Assembly: GCA_963706955.1 (NCBI GenBank)
Contig: CAVPOC010000004.1
Span: 96,001-160,000 of the forward strand
Reading direction: 5' to 3'
Source of the DNA: an uncultured Verrucomicrobiae bacterium
GTDB taxonomy: Bacteria > Verrucomicrobiota > Verrucomicrobiia > Chthoniobacterales > Terrimicrobiaceae
Length of the DNA stretch: 64,000 nucleotides
Positions within the stretch are counted from its first letter, which is position 1. Every line of letters starts with the position of its first letter. Below are positions 62,271 through 64,000 of the stretch, in pieces. The translations under genes and the position numbers were made by a program. The notes under the pieces are model-generated. The model saw nothing but the letters and a program-made list of their open reading frames with translations, was not told the DNA's origin and ran no database searches.

Positions 62271-63128
62271 AGGTTTCCCGTGCCCATATTGTCACCTTCA
62301 CCATGGTCGCTCTCGCTCTGATCGCGACATTTCTCCTCTACTTGCGCTACTCGACCAGGCCGTGGACGAGGGATGCCCAGGTGAGAGCAAATGTCGTCGG
62401 AATCGCCCCGCGAGTCGCCGGGCCAATCATTCAAATTCCCATCAAGGACAACCAGGCCGTGAAAAAGGGAGATCTGCTCTTCGAGATCGACCCGTCGACA
62501 TTTCGAGCGGCGGTGGACAATGCTCAGGCAAAACTTAAGCAAGCTCAGGCCGCGGAAATTCAGACACAACAGGAACTCCAGCGACAAAACCAACTTTACG
62601 AGACAAAGACCAACGATCTGCGTGACGTGCAAAACGCGCAGGACAATTATGCTCGCCGCTGTTGCCAATACCGCCGCCGCGCAAGCCAACCTTCGAGACC
62701 GCCAGTCTCAACCTCGAATACACCAAAGTGTTCGCTCCTGTTGACGGTTATCTAACGAATGTGAACACCAGTCCCGGGAACCTATGTCAATGAGGGCGAG
62801 CAGCTGCTGGCATTGGTCGATTCCAGTAGCTTCTGGATCGCTGCCTACTTCAAAGAAACCCAGCTTAGGCACGTTCGCGAAGGCGCCACCGCGAAGATCA
62901 CTCTCATGGGGCATGATTTCGAGCCCTTTGCAGGTGAGGTCGTCAGCGTCGCCTGGGGAATATTCCTGCAGGATGGATCGACGGTTGATCTTTTGCCGGT
63001 CGTCAGCCAGACGATTGATTGGGTCCGATTGCCCAATCGCTTTCCCGGTTCGAATTCACGTCACCGGCACGCCCCCGGTCCCTCTGCGCATCGGTCAAAC
63101 AGCCTCAGTCGCGATCCAGGGACGTTGA
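62267..63128 (+). CDS. HlyD/AaeA-like membrane fusion protein (several frameshifts)
   Basis: PWTRDAQVRANVVGIAPRVAG, GDLLFEID, FWIAAYFKETQL, WVRLPNR, GQTASV. Confidence 0.85.
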
Positions 63129-63238
63129 TTCAGCCGCAATCGAAGATGCCAATTGGCCAAGTTGGAGGGCACTTGTGCCCAGCGCCAGCGAAAATCCATA
63201 GGCACTCGGCACAAGCGCTCTACACACGTCTCGAATTC

Positions 63239-63407
63239 ATGCTGTGGCGACGGGGTATTAGCGTGTCTTAGGTTCGAGCGAGACAACAGAGTATCACCAT
63301 TCGACTGCGTTCTGCGGTTGCCAACGACTTCGATGCCCTGTGCGTCGCTTGTCCGATGCTTAGTAACCAATCTGAGCATCGATCGACCTAAGCACCGTCC
63401 ACAGCGT
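63239..63407 (+). ncRNA. Candidate structured RNA (~170 nt, branched rod)
   Basis: Ends 63239-63277 and 63383-63407 pair over about 25 bp; inner helices of 5, 9-10, 8 and 10 bp; non-Watson-Crick pairs are mostly G-U on the + strand. Confidence 0.5.
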
Positions 63408-63772
63408 CGGATCTGGAATTTTTCTAAGCGAAATGAAGCTTGCGGCGACTGCAGGTGTGTCCGTGATCTTCGGAATCGCGAATCTGGCGCAACCCGTCAT
63501 GTCGAACGGCTCAGCTCACGCCGCTGCTGACGGGCAGATTGTCCAATCCATCGCATTACCGATCGTCCGTTGCCTGCTTCTGGAAGCCGACCTTCTCCGC
63601 ACAGATCGGCAGACTGGATGAGCAGTGCACGCTGTCTCGCGTGTCGTTAAAATTCGGGCTGGAAATTTTTTTTAAAAATTCAGTTGCGCTTTTGTCTTGG
63701 CTCGCCACAGTAAAAGCGCTGCCACCCCAACGAACTGGCAGTGAGCATTTTCCATCAAAGAATATGTAACAG

Positions 63773-64000
63773 ATGCCTCCAGTTCCGCCCATCCCCGTCA
63801 ACTACTCAAATCTTGGTGACGTCCGATTCGGGCGGTTTTTTTGGGTCATCGCACTGTTCTTGATTTCCTCTCACGCGCACGTCCGCGCGGCTCAAAGTGT
63901 CAGACTGGCGTGGAACGCAAGCCCCAGCTCTGGGGTGACTGGCTACAGGGTCTATTATCGCACATCGTCGGGACGCCAGAGTATCTCCGTGAACGTGGGC
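63773..64000 (+). CDS. Secreted fibronectin type III domain protein (5' part; runs off right edge)
   Basis: Open frame MPPVPP...FFWVIALFLISSHAHVRA-AQSVRLAWNASPSSGVTGYRVYY with the FN3 LxW...GYxVYY motif. Confidence 0.75.
   Translation, partial: MPPVPPIPVNYSNLGDVRFGRFFWVIALFLISSHAHVRAAQSVRLAWNASPSSGVTGYRVYYRTSSGRQSISVNVG

Noticed and set aside
63239..63407. Retron msr-msd interpretation of the terminal inverted repeats
   Set aside because: No reverse transcriptase is adjacent; the flanking genes encode HlyD and an FN3 protein

Overview
A 64-kb, GC-rich stretch of bacterial core and accessory chromosome. Gene content (RNase HIII, a pilD with a large internal insertion, DUF5069, DUF3300, a STAS-PP2C-grpE-dnaJ cluster) suggests Verrucomicrobiota, probably Spartobacteria/Chthoniobacterales; this is inference. 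Many genes are split by 1-bp indels, including msbA-like, nnr, rhaA and rhaEW, which looks like long-read assembly error rather than decay. The left third holds kup, an MFS transporter and a ~15-kb minus-strand L-rhamnose locus (rhaT-P-Q-S-A-M-B-EW followed by lutABC, two aldo-keto reductases and a redoxin). A second sugar/polyol ABC operon ends in an FGGY kinase. The rest is mixed housekeeping, stress and envelope genes. I found no mobile element, CRISPR, rRNA or tRNA. The most novel signals are two intergenic candidate structured RNAs read by eye: 27.7-27.9 kb (two hairpins with complementary loops, divergent from a Mut7-C RNase gene) and 63.2-63.7 kb (a G-U-rich ~170-nt branched rod plus more hairpins, upstream of a secreted FN3 protein). 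Also notable are a head-to-head rnhC/mutY overlap and a partner-switching module coupled to grpE-dnaJ.
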